A stretch of 64,000 nt of DNA from Octopus vulgaris (taxonomy: Eukaryota). The notes beneath the pieces are model-generated. The model was not told the DNA's origin, did not search any database, and saw only the letters and a program-made list of their open reading frames with translations. Positions 24,800 through 37,928 of this stretch are shown here, in pieces. The stretch is taken from contig OX597829.1 in the NCBI GenBank assembly GCA_951406725.2, positions 3,596,001 to 3,660,000 of the forward strand. The letters are read 5' to 3'. The translations under genes and the position numbers were made by a program. Position 1 is the first letter of the stretch, and each line of letters opens with the position of its first letter.

Positions 24800-24879
<80 letters not shown>

Positions 24880-24963
24880 ATAAACATACTTATATAATAT
24901 ATATATAGATGATACCCAATCAATATTTATATTATATATATATATATTAATATAATATATTTA

Positions 24964-25006
<43 letters not shown>

Positions 25007-25014
25007 TATCTGAA

Positions 25015-25290
25015 GGCGCATGGCTCAGTGGTTAGAGCGTCGAGCTACGATCGTGAGGTTGTGAGCTCGAATCCCGGACCGGGCTGCGTGTTGTGTTCCC
25101 GAGGAAGGCTCTTTATTTCACGTTCTCCAGTTCACTCAGCTGTAGAAATGAGTTGCGACGTCAGAGGTGCCAAGCATGTATCGGCTCTTTGCCTTTCCCT
25201 TGGATAACACTGGTGGCGTGGAGAGGGGAGGCTGGTATGCATGGGCGACTGCTGGCCTTCCATAAACAACCTTGCCCGGACTTGTGTCTA
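25015..25290 (+). mobile_element. tRNA-derived SINE
   Basis: tRNA-like head ggcgcatggctcagtggttagagcg...gagctcgaatccc runs into a non-tRNA body followed by (AAT)n. Confidence 0.8.
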
Positions 25291-25439
25291 TTAATAATAA
25301 TAATTAATAATAATAATAATAATCCCATGGTCATTCATGACCAAGGGGGTCTTTATATATATATATCTAATATATATATATATACTCTGCGGTCTCTAGT
25401 TTGTCACTGTTATTTATGACATATTTCATATCAGTCACG

Positions 25440-25787
25440 TTCGTATGAATAAAAGATTGTGGGGTTAGGGTTAGGGGTGAGGGGAAGGGTTTCTCTTTTC
25501 TTCGGAAATGTAAATAAACCCACGTGGGTTTATAAGTGACAGCTACACCGCCGGAAGTTCTTGTTGAACTTGTTGACAAACAACAGCAGAAATTGTATTC
25601 ACCTCAATAGACGTCATTGATTGGTTGAAATTGCCGAAATGCAAGAAATTTAACAACAAATAGCTTACAAACTACAGAATTTTCTCAAGAAAGCCAAGAG
25701 AAAAAGATGTTTTATGTAACGAAGTTTAAAAGTGTTTAGTTGCAAAGAAATTATTTTTTAAATCTGCCGGTCAAAGTGAAAAGATCC
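25440..25787. mobile_element. Diverged partial copy of the TTAGGG-bearing MITE family
   Basis: Shares gggttagggttagggg, acctcaatagacgtcattgattggttgaaattg and the right TIR ...gaaaagatcc with 6049-6464. Confidence 0.8.
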
Positions 25788-26883
25788 AATATTGGGGTAT
25801 ACAGTTATCCAGTACTTTATCCAATAGATCGCCCTTAAATAGATTAACTCCTTATAACAGTGAGTCATGAAAAACAGTGGATTAAAGACAAAATTTGTCA
25901 GATAACATCAATTGTTAAACGCATTAAAAATAGAAAATGAAGTCATAACATTTCAAAAATAAATATATAAATTTTTTCCTGGAATCATTGCTAAATTTAA
26001 CATCATCTCTCAGCATAATATTCCAACAGAAATAGCATACATCAATAGCAACATCTTTCAACATTTGCATCTAATACTTCTTCACTCACAAAACTGTCAT
26101 AATTCCGTAAATTGTCTCTTAAACAATTGAAATCGATGACTTCCTCATATAACCAACCGGTTTCCATCTTTTTCAGCGTGCTTTCCCGCTTCTGTTCTGT
26201 TCTCCTATCTTCTGCTGTTTCTCCTCACTTTCGTCTCTGTATAGTAATCATTTTTGTATTTTCTCTCTTTCTCTGCGTTACTATCTCCTCCCTTTTCGTG
26301 CCCTTTAAACTCTTCCGTGTCCACTGTCTTTTAGTCTCCCTCTCTCCTGTATCTTTACCATTCCATATGTCTTCTCTCCTCTGCCATCTTTAGAATGCTG
26401 ATACAAGCCGGTGTATAAGCCGTTGTATAAGCCGTTGCACATGGCGCTAACAAACACTGAAACCGTTTCTTGATGTGAGAAAAATCTTCAACTTATGTTG
26501 CCTACGTACAATCTCCATCTAAGCCATATTTCATGAATCTGAAGTTCTCTGCCAGGCAACTCTATTTCAGTATGTACTGACAAATCTCTCTTCCATTTAT
26601 ATCTCCTTAATTCTCTACTCACAACATCATACTGTTTACGTTTTTAGCATAAATAATCAACTTACAATTACTTCTTATCCCCCTCTCTTCACACACTCTT
26701 CTGTGGATTATGCACCCTTATTCTCCGCTTTAACTTTCGACACAAAATCTTCTTTCATACATTTACACGTAGACACAAATACACAACTGCACTCTAGACA
26801 TACACTACTGTTTTCATAAAGAGAAATCGCAGAAACATACCATAACATGAACAATAAATTAAGTCTCTAATAACAACTCAAAC

Positions 26884-28180
26884 AAGATCTGTTCAGCTTG
26901 GATCACAGATTTTTTAATTAATTTTTTGAAACTAAACAGTTTGAAACTTCGTATACTGGTATACTTCGTATTCTTCTCACGCAGAACAAGGTTTATTTTG
27001 AACATTTTTGACAAAATTTCCTATTTTAGAAGTTATTTCGTGTTAAAGTTGTCGTATTTGGTAATTTTAACCAACCAACGATGTGTATTCAGTTGAAGAA
27101 AGCTACTGCTGTTTGCAATAGTAATCGAAGAGGAACAACTTTTGGGGTCATCTCTACTAAATGTTACGACTAGGTTCTATTCGTATGTTATCTTTTCTTC
27201 CTTTCTAGTCAGCACCGTGTATTCCTTACTCTTTCCCTCTCTACTGGCAGACAACCACTTCTACACTATCAACTTCCAGCCAGTGAGCGAACTTGTCACT
27301 GCCTCTACAATTACTGTATTTTCCGATGTATAAGCCGTTTTTTTTCCCTGGAAAATTTAGTGTGCGACTTATAGAAAGGTGCGCCTAATATGTGTCCTTT
27401 TTCTTTTATCAGTTTCAGGAGGAAAATAATTTGTGTATGGAGATCGACTGATTCCATTGATTTTTTCAGGGGAATGGTCGGTCGGTGGACAATGTGAAAG
27501 ACTACGGCTACAGTATATTGGTACCTGGAAGGAAACAAAGGATATTTATTTTGTCTTACTTTCATATTTTGATAATGTTATTTTTTAAAATCCAATAAAA
27601 ACTTTTAAGTTGACGAAATGTGTTTGTTGTTGATTGTAGTAAGATAAAATCGTAACAATAACAATACATCTTATAGTTGTAAAATAAGGCATTTTGAAGC
27701 TACATACACGTCAACAACAAAAAAGCTAGCTGCGGACCCGTAGCTCCATAGATCCTTTAAACACCGGCGCGCTTTATGCGTGAATAAAACCAAAATTCAC
27801 CCCCAAATTTGGCCCTGTGGCTTAAATACCGTTGTCGGGCTAACGAATAAATATATGTAAATAATATTTCTTCCTTCTTGGTGTTGATTCTTCGATGTTT
27901 ATTGGTTATTCCGACGCGAGAACCTAAAAAAAAAAAAGCGTGTCATTTGCAATACAGACAGTAAACAAAAAATAAAATAGAACAGAATGGTGCCATTTAG
28001 CAGAGATGACCCGGAGGTTGTTCCTCTTCGATTACTATCGCAAATAGCAGTAGCTTTCTTCAACCGAATACACGTCGTTGACAGGTTAAAATTACCCAAA
28101 TACGACAATTTTAACACGAAATAACAATTGGAACAAAAATTGAAGAAATTGAAAAGTGGCAGCCAAACAGAACAGATGCC
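26884..28180. mobile_element. Long-TIR MITE with a nested pogo/Tigger-like MITE (~27312-27855)
   Basis: 27030-27165 is the reverse complement of 27990-28127; the ends agatctgttc / gaacagatgcc match. The inner element starts tactgtattttccg..tataag. Confidence 0.7.
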
Positions 28181-28362
28181 TCATTTAACTGCGGCCATGC
28201 CGGAGCACCGCCTAAAAGGGTTTTTAGTCGAAGAAATCGACCTCAGGACTTATTCTTTGTAAGGTCTAGTAATTATTCTATCGGATCCCTTTTGCCGAAC
28301 CGCTAAGATACGAAGAAGTAAACACACCAACATTGGTTGTCAAGTGATGGGAGGGGGGGATA

Positions 28363-28395
<33 letters not shown>

Positions 28396-28812
28396 ACACA
28401 CACACACACTGACACACACACACACTGACACACACACACACTGACACACACACACAACGGGATTCTTTCAGTTTCCGTCTACCAAATCAATTCACAAGGC
28501 TTTCGTCGGTGCGAGGCTATAGTAGAAGACACTTGCCCAAGGTGCCAAACAGTGGGACTGAACCCGGAACCATGTGGTTCGGAATCAAACTTCTTACCAC
28601 ACAGCCACGCCTGCGCCTCGCCTATAGAAAAACGATGAGACATTGCACATCTTTATTAAAATTTAACAAGAAGAGGGGTGACACGGACTTCGAAGTTTCG
28701 GGCCGTTGGCCTTCGCGAGATTGATGCGAATGTTTTTTATTTGAAGCGTATTAGTGTTCGTTTGTTGATAGGAACAGAATCAAACCATCACACACAGACA
28801 CACACAGACACA

Positions 28813-28888
<76 letters not shown>

Positions 28889-28893
28889 TAACA

Positions 28894-29064
28894 GGCGATC
28901 CTTCGGTATAGATACCGTAAGTACCAGAAGTGGCTTTGTTTACATTTCTGAAGATAACAGAAACCCTTTTCTCCTACCCCTAACACTAACCCCCCATTTA
29001 TATATATAAAAAAACACTGTTGAAATGTATCCAGTACTTCCGGTACCTATACCGAAGTTACGCC
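28894..29064. mobile_element. 171-bp MITE with 8-bp TSD
   Basis: TIRs ggcgatccttcggtatagataccg / cggtacctataccgaagttacgcc; TSD aaataaca on both sides; internal ccctaac repeats. Confidence 0.88.
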
Positions 29065-29194
29065 AAATAACAAAATAGATAAAACTGATTTCGGTGAAAA
29101 TGAAATATTTGATATAAACAGAAGTTAAGGCGGTGATCCGGTAGAATCGATAAGCACGCCGGGGAAAAAAAAGCTGAGTGACGTTTCGTCCGCT

Positions 29195-29570
29195 GTCCTT
29201 GGGTTAGACGTAGGTGCCTCATTTGGGGCGTCACAGTCTGTGACGCCTTTCCCCTCCTATATCCTTGATGTTGCAGTTAATGGGACGGTCATTGCTTCCG
29301 TAGACGAACGGAAGAAAATCCTGAAGTATCGGGATCTGACAGTGAATTACCTCTTTCAACCTGTGGCATTTGAGATGTTCGGAGGGACTGGGCCGACGAA
29401 CCACTCACCGCGAAGTTCTTGTCAACGTTGGCAGCTCGCCTCAGGTGAAGCCCGTGAGGGCTTTCTCCGCGCCATAGCCTCGCCATCGTGCGTGGTAATG
29501 CTGCGAACGTGCTGGTTGTTTCAGTAGATGCTGTTAAACCTTGTGGTGTGCGACCATTTGCTGTGATAAA
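29195..29570 (+). mobile_element. CRE-clade LINE 3' fragment
   Basis: RCLIWGVTVCDAF, KILKYRDL..NYLFQPVAFEMFGGTGP, AIVRGNAANVL; homologous to 1630-2165. Confidence 0.82.
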
Positions 29571-29616
29571 AAAGAAAAAAAAAATTCTCACAAATGCTTT
29601 CACTACAAGCAGAAAG

Positions 29617-30026
29617 GGACCTTTTCGGTTTGAACGGCAGTTTTTTCTAGCGGTGTCATATGAAATTGTCACCCATAATTATGACCCTAGTATCGATCTA
29701 TTGCATTTCAATCTGTTTTAGGGTTAGGGTGGGGGAAAGGGTATCTTTTTTACTTCACAAATGTAAATAAACCCAATCTGTTTCTTAAACGAGGGACATA
29801 TTCATATGGCACAGAATGTTTTTTTACCTCAATAGACGTCAGTGATTGGTTGAAATTGCAGAAATTAAAGAAAAAAAACAACAAATATCTCAAACTATAG
29901 AATTTTCTCAATAAAGCCAAGAGAAAAAGATGTTTTATAAACACATTCTACCAGTATACGAAGTTTAAAAGTGTTTAGTTACGTGGAAATTATTTTAAAA
30001 AACTGCCGTTCAAACCGAAAAGATCC
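29617..30026. mobile_element. MITE, second copy of 6049-6464
   Basis: Same TIRs and body; flanking direct repeat (c)aagcagaaa(g). Confidence 0.92.
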
Positions 30027-30171
30027 CAAGCAGAAAGATTTGGAAGAATTAGATAAAAGTTCTGCGGTAATTTTCTTTCATGTAGATAAATGTTTATATT
30101 AATTTAAATATTTGTCATTAAAATCTTATAAAATAACAATGTTCTACAAGATTTACTTGTTTTATATGTTA

Positions 30172-31065
30172 CTAGTAGTATCGCCCGGCGTTGCTCAGGT
30201 TTGTAAGGGAAATAACTATATAAGCATTTTTAGAGAGTTATAGCCAAAAAATAGCAAAAAAATGCATTAAAAATGGAAAAAAAATGATGGTAAATTTTTT
30301 TTTAAATCGTTCACTCATCGTAGACATTTTTAGAGAGTTACTTCCCTTATATAATAGCGAAAAATGCATTAAAATGGGAAAAAATGATGGTAAATTTTTT
30401 TAAAATCGTAGACGCGCGCTAATACCCAGAAGGGCTCGATATGAATCACGACTATAAGATACCCGAATTTGGTTAAACTGCACCGCAAAATGTGGGAGTA
30501 GTTAGGAATCTAAATCGTAGGAGACAGACAGCACACAACCTCACTTTTATATATAAAGACTAGCAGTATCGCCCGGCGTTGCTCGGGTTTGTAAGGGAAA
30601 TAACTATATAAACATTTTTAGAGAGTTACTTCCCTTATAAATTCGGGCTTTCTTAGCCATTTTTGTTTTGGTGTCTTCAAGCCATGAAGTCGTTGTTCTA
30701 AAAGAACGCTGGTTTCCTTCACAACGCATTACGACGTTGATTTCTTTACACTCCCTTCCCCACAGCTTCACGAGGGAGGGAAGGGGGAGAAGCAAACAGG
30801 TGCAGCTGTGAGCGTGGACGCCAACTCCGCCGCCATCGACACACGATGCATTTTATGCATTAAAATGGAATAAAAAATGATGTTAAATTATTTTTAAAAT
30901 CGTAGACTCATCGTTGACGCGCGCTAATAGTCAGACGGGCTCGATATGAATCACGACTATAAGATACCCGAATTTGGTTAAACTGCACCGCAAAATGTGG
31001 GAGGAGTTAGGAATCTAAATCGAAGGGGACAGACACTCACACAACTAGAGTTTTATATATATAGA
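30172..31065 (-). mobile_element. Two head-to-tail non-autonomous Helitrons (30172-30559 and 30560-31065)
   Basis: On the minus strand each begins TC-(TA)n and ends with the hairpin cc(c/t)gagcaacgccggg followed by CTAG; the junction is CTAG|TC. Confidence 0.88.
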
Positions 31066-31229
31066 TATATGAAAGTAAAAAGGATATACAAGCGTGTTTG
31101 TGCCAGGGAAGCATTCTAAATACGGATACATTCAATGTATATTTCAGGACTGTTTCCTTCTAGAATTTATAGTTAAAATAAAATCAGTGTCAAATGTCTT
31201 CTTGACTCGTCCTTGGGTTTTAATCGGTG

Positions 31230-32153
31230 ATCTTCTTTTTATGTCTCTCTCTTTATCTCTCTCTCTCTCTCTCTTTATCTCTCTCTCTCTCTCCATCTGT
31301 CCGTCAGTCTTTCCCTCTGTCTCAGCATTCACAGTCTGTTCGTTGCTGTCTGTCTGTCTGTCTCTCTCTGTCTCTCTGCCTGTCCCCTCTCTCTCTCTCT
31401 CTCTCTCTGCCTGCCTATCTGCTTGTCTGTCTCTTTTTCTCTCTCTGATTCTCTCTATATCTTTGTCAAGGTTTTACTGCTGTTTCTAGCGCTTTAAGTG
31501 ACCTAGCAAGGCACGTCTTTCTTTGTAGATCAGCGGCAGAGAGAGAGAGAGAGAAAGAAGGAGAAAGAGAAAGAGAGAGAAAACAGAGAGAAAAGGAAAG
31601 AGAAAGAGAGAGAGAGAGAGAGAGATGTAGATAAAGTAAAAGGTATACTTTATCCTATACAAACATCACAAAGTGTGAGTGATATAAGGAAATATGAGAG
31701 AAGGCTTAATGAAACAAATGGTTGATCGTATGAGATGGGACACTGACTGTCTATCTGTCTGTCCGACAATCTGCCTGTTACTCCCTCTCTGTCTCCCTCT
31801 TTCACTTTCTCTCTCTCTCACTGGCGGTCTGACTTTTTCTCTCTATCCGTCAGTCTGTCTCTCTGTTTCTCGCTGTCTTTCTCTCTATACCTGTTTGCTC
31901 GTCTCTGTCTCTGACTCTCTGTGTCTGTCTCTCTCTCTCACTGTCTTTCTACCTCTATGTTTATGTATCCGTCTGTCTCTAGCCTTATCTGTCTTATCTG
32001 TTTCATTCTTTTTCTCTCGTTCTGTTTCTCGCTTGATCTCTCTCTCTCTCTCGTTATCTCTCTGTGTCTGCCTCTCTCTCTCTTTGCCTGCATCTGTCAG
32101 TCTACTTTCTCTTTCCCCCACTCTTTCTGTTTCTATTTCTATCTGTCTGTCTG

Positions 32154-32230
<77 letters not shown>
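31230..32230. repeat. (CT/CTGT)-rich and (GA)-rich low-complexity region
   Basis: Directly visible. Confidence 0.9.
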
Positions 32231-32232
<2 letters not shown>

Positions 32233-33839
32233 CTCATATATCACTCCTCCTCCTTTCCGCCTCTCTCCCCTTATACATACATAAATATATAACCTATAAG
32301 TGGTTTCGCATCATGTTAGAAATAACAGCTAAGTTTTCCACATGAAAATTGAAAGACACTTTAAGATGCATTTACGCAACAAATACGAAGTCTCACACAA
32401 AGCTAGAAATAACAGCTTAGTACTTTGAAATTTGCTATTTTTCGAATAGAAATTGAAGGAGACTTTAGGAAGTATTTCTTACAAATATTGTCCCGTAGGA
32501 GGTCTCACATAAGGCTAAAAATACCAGCCAAGTGCTCTCAAGTATGCATGGTTTTCATATAAGATTGAAAGACAATTTAAGAAATAATAATATTAAAAAA
32601 AATAATAGTTTCCAATATATGGCCACACGCTATGCAATGAATAACAACTAGGTCACCCAAAATTCTTGTTGTTATCACATAAAACTGAAGGACACAATAA
32701 GAAGTATATATAAAACAATTTGTCCTATAGGTAGTATCACATCATTCTGGAAACAAGAGTCAAGTACCCTAAAATTTGTGTTGTTTTTCGTATAAAAGTG
32801 AACGATTGACTTTATGTGATCAGTCATAATGCTAGAAACATCAGCGAAGTACATTTAAGTTTGCGTTACTTTTCTTATGAGTATTAAAGGAACTATTTGG
32901 ATTTTAAAAAAAAATCCTATAAGTAGCCTCACATACTAAAAATAATGACCAAACACCCCTCAAATTCGCATTGATTTTCGTATCAAATTGAAGAACAGTT
33001 CCAGAAGCCTTTATAATTATTTTCTCCATATGTAGTTATATTTCATGATAGAAATAACAGCCAAGTACCCTGAAATTTATGTTGTCTTTCATATAAAAAT
33101 TGACGGACACTTTATAAATCACTCATTATAGACCATTATTCGTGCTTGAAATAAAAGATAAATGCACTCAAATTTGTATTGATTATATCTAAAATTTGAA
33201 GGACGTTTTCCGAAGCATTTATAAAAACTTTTCTCGCGTATGGCTATTCTTTGTGCAAGATACAACAGCCAAATTCTCTGCGATTTACATTGTCTTTTGG
33301 AAAAAAAGTAAGAGGGATCATTATTTTGTAAGGGAAGCGACTCATATTTTTTCTTTATAGTTCTCTTCCTTTAGCAAAAGGCTTGAAAAATTAGGGAAAT
33401 GTATGTTGAATACAAACTTATTTATTAATCACTAATTACTCTAATTACTAATTAGGCGCGAATGTGACTGTATGGTAAGACGTTTCCTACCTAATCACAT
33501 GGTTCTGGGTTCAGGTCCACTATGTGGCACTTTGGGTAAGTGTCTTCTATTATAACCTCAAGCCTCCAAAGTCTTGTGCATGGATTTGGTAGACGGAAAC
33601 TGAAAAAAGCCTGCCTTACACACACACATATATATATATTATAAAATGTACAGTATCATATATATGATTCTGCCATTTGATGCCAAGGATTTTCCGGAGG
33701 CAGCACAGGTGAAAGATATTTAGGCGACGCTCTTGGCATGTGTATGGCGTCCAAGTCTCACTTCCAGAGAGTGCTAAGTACACATGCCTGGTAAATCTTC
33801 ATTTTTGTGGTCTTGGTCAGCTTATTGTTGTCCCATGCT

Positions 33840-34082
33840 CATTTGGAGAGTATGAGATGGCTTGGACATGTTATCCGTATGGAAGATGGCAGAATCTCCA
33901 AGGACATACTCTACGGAGAGCTTGCTAGGGGCACTAGGTCTGTGGGAAGACCGTTCTTACGATACAAGGATGTTTGGAAAAGGGACATGAAGGCCTGCAA
34001 CATCAATATTAGCAACTGGGAAGCAGTTGCCAGCAACCGTGGGGATTGGTGACGTACCGTAAAAGAGGGAACACAAAGGAGT

Positions 34083-34121
<39 letters not shown>

Positions 34122-34365
34122 CGAGAGAGAGAGGAGAAATGGAAAGAAAGGAAAAGACGTCAACAAGAAACTATGGCATTACAACCAGCCAGGAAAAGTC
34201 TTCGCTACATTTGCGGTACCTGCCAGAGGGAGTGTTTGTCCAGGATAGGACTACACAGCCACAGCAGGAAATGTATTAGGACATGAAATGTAAAAGCCGG
34301 ACTAGATTATTTTATGCGCAACTCCATTGTCTCCCGAGATAAAAAGGATGTCAACAACAACAATC
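33840..34365 (+). mobile_element. RTE LINE 3' end
   Basis: RWLGHVIRMEDGRISKDILYGELARGTRSVGRP.LRYKD, then YICGTCQREC.SRIGLHSHSRKC, then a (CAA)n tail. Confidence 0.88.
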
Positions 34366-35329
34366 ATATATATATATACTAGCTGACGTACCTGGTAATT
34401 CCCGGGAAAGCGGGGCTTATCCCATTATGAAGTATTTATAAGAACTTTTTTTCTGTAGCTGACCATTTTCATTCTAGAACAACAGACAAGTGCCCTTAAA
34501 CTTACCTTCTTTTTCATTTAAAAAGAGAGGGATACTTTACGAAGCATTTATAGAATATAAGTCTAATACTTTGAAATTTGTATTGTTTTACTTATGTAAA
34601 TTGAAGGACGCTTTACAAAGCAAAATAAAGAAAATTTTCCTGTATGTGGCCATGTTTAATGCTAGAAATGAAAGCCAAGTGTCCTCGAATTTACAATTTC
34701 ATATAAAAATCGACAGACTCTATACGAAGTGTGAGCATTCTTCATGCTAAAAATAAGAGCCAAATGTCCTCATACTGACGTTACTTCACATATAAAAATT
34801 GAAGGACGCTTTGTGAAGTATTGTTAAGACTTTTTTCCTCAAATGTGACCATCCTTCATGTTACAAATAAGCCCCTGTTTTCAAGTTTGCGTTTCTCATA
34901 CGAAACGTGAAAGACAATGTAAGAAGCATTTATAAAAAATATTATCCAATATTAAAATGGTCTCACTCCATGTTAAAAATAAACGCCATGTGTCTTCAAA
35001 TTTGAGTGATTTTTATACATAAATTGAAGGACAATTTAAGAAGCATTAATAACTATATTCATGTGACCATTCGTCAAACTAGAAATAAGAGCTAACTGTT
35101 CTCGTATTCGCATTGTTTTTCATATAAAATGGTAAGTCAGTTTGAAAGGCGTTTATAACTGTCCACATGTGGTCATTCTTCTTGCTAGAAATAAAAGACA
35201 AGTGTCAATAAGTCTGCATTGATTTTCATAAAAATATAAAGTATTGCTAGGAACTTTTCCGATATGCGACCATTCTTCATGCTATACACAACAGCCAAGT
35301 TCCCTGGAATGCACTTTGTCTTTCATATA

Positions 35330-35748
35330 TTGCTTCCCTGGGTATGGACAAGTTAAAGCTCCGACGTTTGGCAGCTGACTTGGGATTATCCATCTTCTTT
35401 TCAACAACAACCTTAGCACCCCTTATTGAATTCCATATGTCTAACACCCGTGGACATGCTTACAAAAAAATTTAAAAAAACATGACTTTCGGAAACATTT
35501 TTTCACAGTCAGAATTGCCGAAGACTGGAATAAACTACCCACATCAGTTGTTACCTGTTGGGATACTACATCTTTCAAAACTTCCATGCTTCCTGAAATT
35601 CACCTGCCGTACACCTGATGCTCTCTACCCCCGTTCATTTTGTGACTTATTCACTGTTCAGTTTCTGCGCATATTCTATGTACCGTTCATGCAGTTTGGG
35701 TTACTTTTCTTGATGAGTTGTAGCGCAGCTGATCACTGTATACAATAC

Positions 35749-35750
<2 letters not shown>
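35330..35750 (+). mobile_element. CR1-clade LINE 3' end
   Basis: NTRGHAYK...FRKHFF.VRIAEDWNKLP; homologous to 41650-42070; followed by (TTA)n. Confidence 0.8.
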
Positions 35751-35799
<49 letters not shown>

Positions 35800-35800
<1 letters not shown>

Positions 35801-36790
35801 GTTATTTATTTTTAATCTGCACGTTTGTTACAATCACTCGGCGGAACACACCCAGCGTCCTAAGGCGAATGAAGGATAAGAAATGTCACAATATGACCGA
35901 AAGCTTGGGAAGGAGAAGTGGCAGGGGCAGCAACGAAATACCTTCATATAATACAACATAGACATTAAAATTGATAGGGTTTTTCTTAGGATATGGTCAG
36001 TACTTGTTAGCACAATCTTTTGGATTTCTCTAAGACATGGTTCTCCTGGAATGTTTCTGACACCCCCCCACCACTTTTAAAAAAATCATATCTACGATAA
36101 GAGAGACAGTTCTTGCTTTCAGATGCCACATATTTTGTATTTCAGTTTCCAGGGCTTATATTTATTTAATTTGTCAAATTCATTTACAGATATATTTTTA
36201 GCAGTGGGAACACTTATCTATTAGTCTACAGGTATTTTCTTCTCTATCTTTAATGATTATGTCTGGTCGATTATCCTGGATCATTCTGTCAGAGGATAGT
36301 GACATCTTTACATTAACTGGCTCAGAATGATGTTCATATCAGTAAACAGGAGTGTCGAGTTTGTAGTGTTTATATATTTTCCAATGCAACTACTGTTCTA
36401 CCCTATCGGGGCGATTTTGTATTCGTTTAGTGTCAGCACAGAACAAGAAACGAGATGGTCAATTATTTCGTCAAATGTGTCTTAGAATCTGCATTTAGGA
36501 TCAGAACCGTTTTGAAGAACGTTAGCCTGGTAGTGTTTGGTAAGCAAGCTTTGATCTTGTGCTGCCAATATGAAAACCTTCAGTCTCTGCATTCAGTCTT
36601 GATCTTCTCAGCCCTTGATGGGTTGTTGCTTGGTCTACATCAGCATTTCGACATCGAAGAATACACTGTCGATGCAGGGGCTTCTGGCTCCAACGCCCCT
36701 CAATTTGTTTCTGCCCGTTCTTTTTTTGCAATCAGCTTGATCCGTTTTGCTTGTTTGGTGGCAGTGGTTTCAGGTTCTTCATCTAATTAC
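35800..36790 (-). mobile_element. Dong-type R4-clade LINE 3' part ending in (TAA)n
   Basis: WSQKPLH, LNAETEGF, AAQDQSL.TKHYQ, DPKCRF, NRPDIIIKD..ENTCRLID, HILRKTLS; the 3'UTR runs into (TAA)n at 35750-35800. Confidence 0.85.
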
Positions 36791-37110
36791 TCCGTATTTC
36801 GTTCTGAGTTCAAATTCCGCCGAGGTCAACTTTGCCTTTCATCCTTTCGGGGTCGATTAAATAAGTACCAGTTACGCACTGGGGTCGATGTAATCAACTT
36901 GATCTCTTTGTCTGTCCTTGTTTGTCCCCTCTATGTTTAGCCCCCTGTGGGCAGTAAAGAAATAAATAAAAAATTATTATTATTAGTCGACTTTGCCTTT
37001 CATCTTTTTGGGGCCAATAAATTAAGTACCAGTGAAACACTGGGGTCGATGTAACCGACTAGTTGCACAAATTTCAGGCCTTGTGCCTTTAGTAGAAAGG
37101 ATTATTATTA
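36790..37110 (+). mobile_element. Two partial tRNA-derived SINEs in tandem
   Basis: Both contain ctttgcctttcatc.ttt.gggg....taa.taagtaccag...ctggggtcgatgtaa. Confidence 0.8.
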
Positions 37111-37883
37111 TAATGAAATTAAGAAATATTAAAGATATTTCCTGATATATATTTTCCCAAAGTCCATTATATTCTCATAGTTACTTCCCTTGGTCCAGTA
37201 ATTGTTTTTAATGCCGGAAACGTTAGCACGAAATAACTACCAAATGCACAAAAATTTGGGTGTTTTTTTTAAATATAAAATTGAAGAAAATTTCTTAGAA
37301 CAATTATAAGAATTTCCCCTATAAGTCAAAATTCTCCATGCAAGAAACAACAGTGAAATGCGCTCAAATTTGCGTTGTTTTTCATATAAACGTTGAACTT
37401 CATGAAGTGTTTATAATTTTTTTCTCATATGTGCTCATTCTCCATGCTAGAAACAATAACTAAGTATCCTAAAATATGGATTGTTTTTCATATAAGCATT
37501 GAAGGACACTTTGCGAAGTATTTATAAAATATATTGTCCAATATGGTCTTGCATCATGCTAGATATAAAAAAAAAACCTAGAGTCGTCAAATTTGTATCT
37601 TTCGTAGGAATATCGAGGGACACTAAAAAACATTTAAAAGAATTTTCCCCTTATGTGACCACTATTCATGGTAGAAATCAGAGCCAAGTACCCTCAAAGT
37701 GACATTGTTTACTATATAAAAATCAAAAACATTCTGAGTAGCTTTTGTAAGAAAATTTTTCCAAAAGTGGCCATTCTTCAGACTATAAATAAGCGGCAAG
37801 TGTCTTCTACTATATCCTCGGGCCAACCAAAGCCTTGTGAGTGGATTTGATAGACGGAAACGGAAAGAAGCCCGTCGTATATA

Positions 37884-37928
<45 letters not shown>

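Noticed and set aside
25015-25090. tRNA gene (also 23440-23517 and 6740-6779)
   Set aside because: No complete cloverleaf or Pol III terminator; two continue into SINE bodies and the third is only a 5' half.
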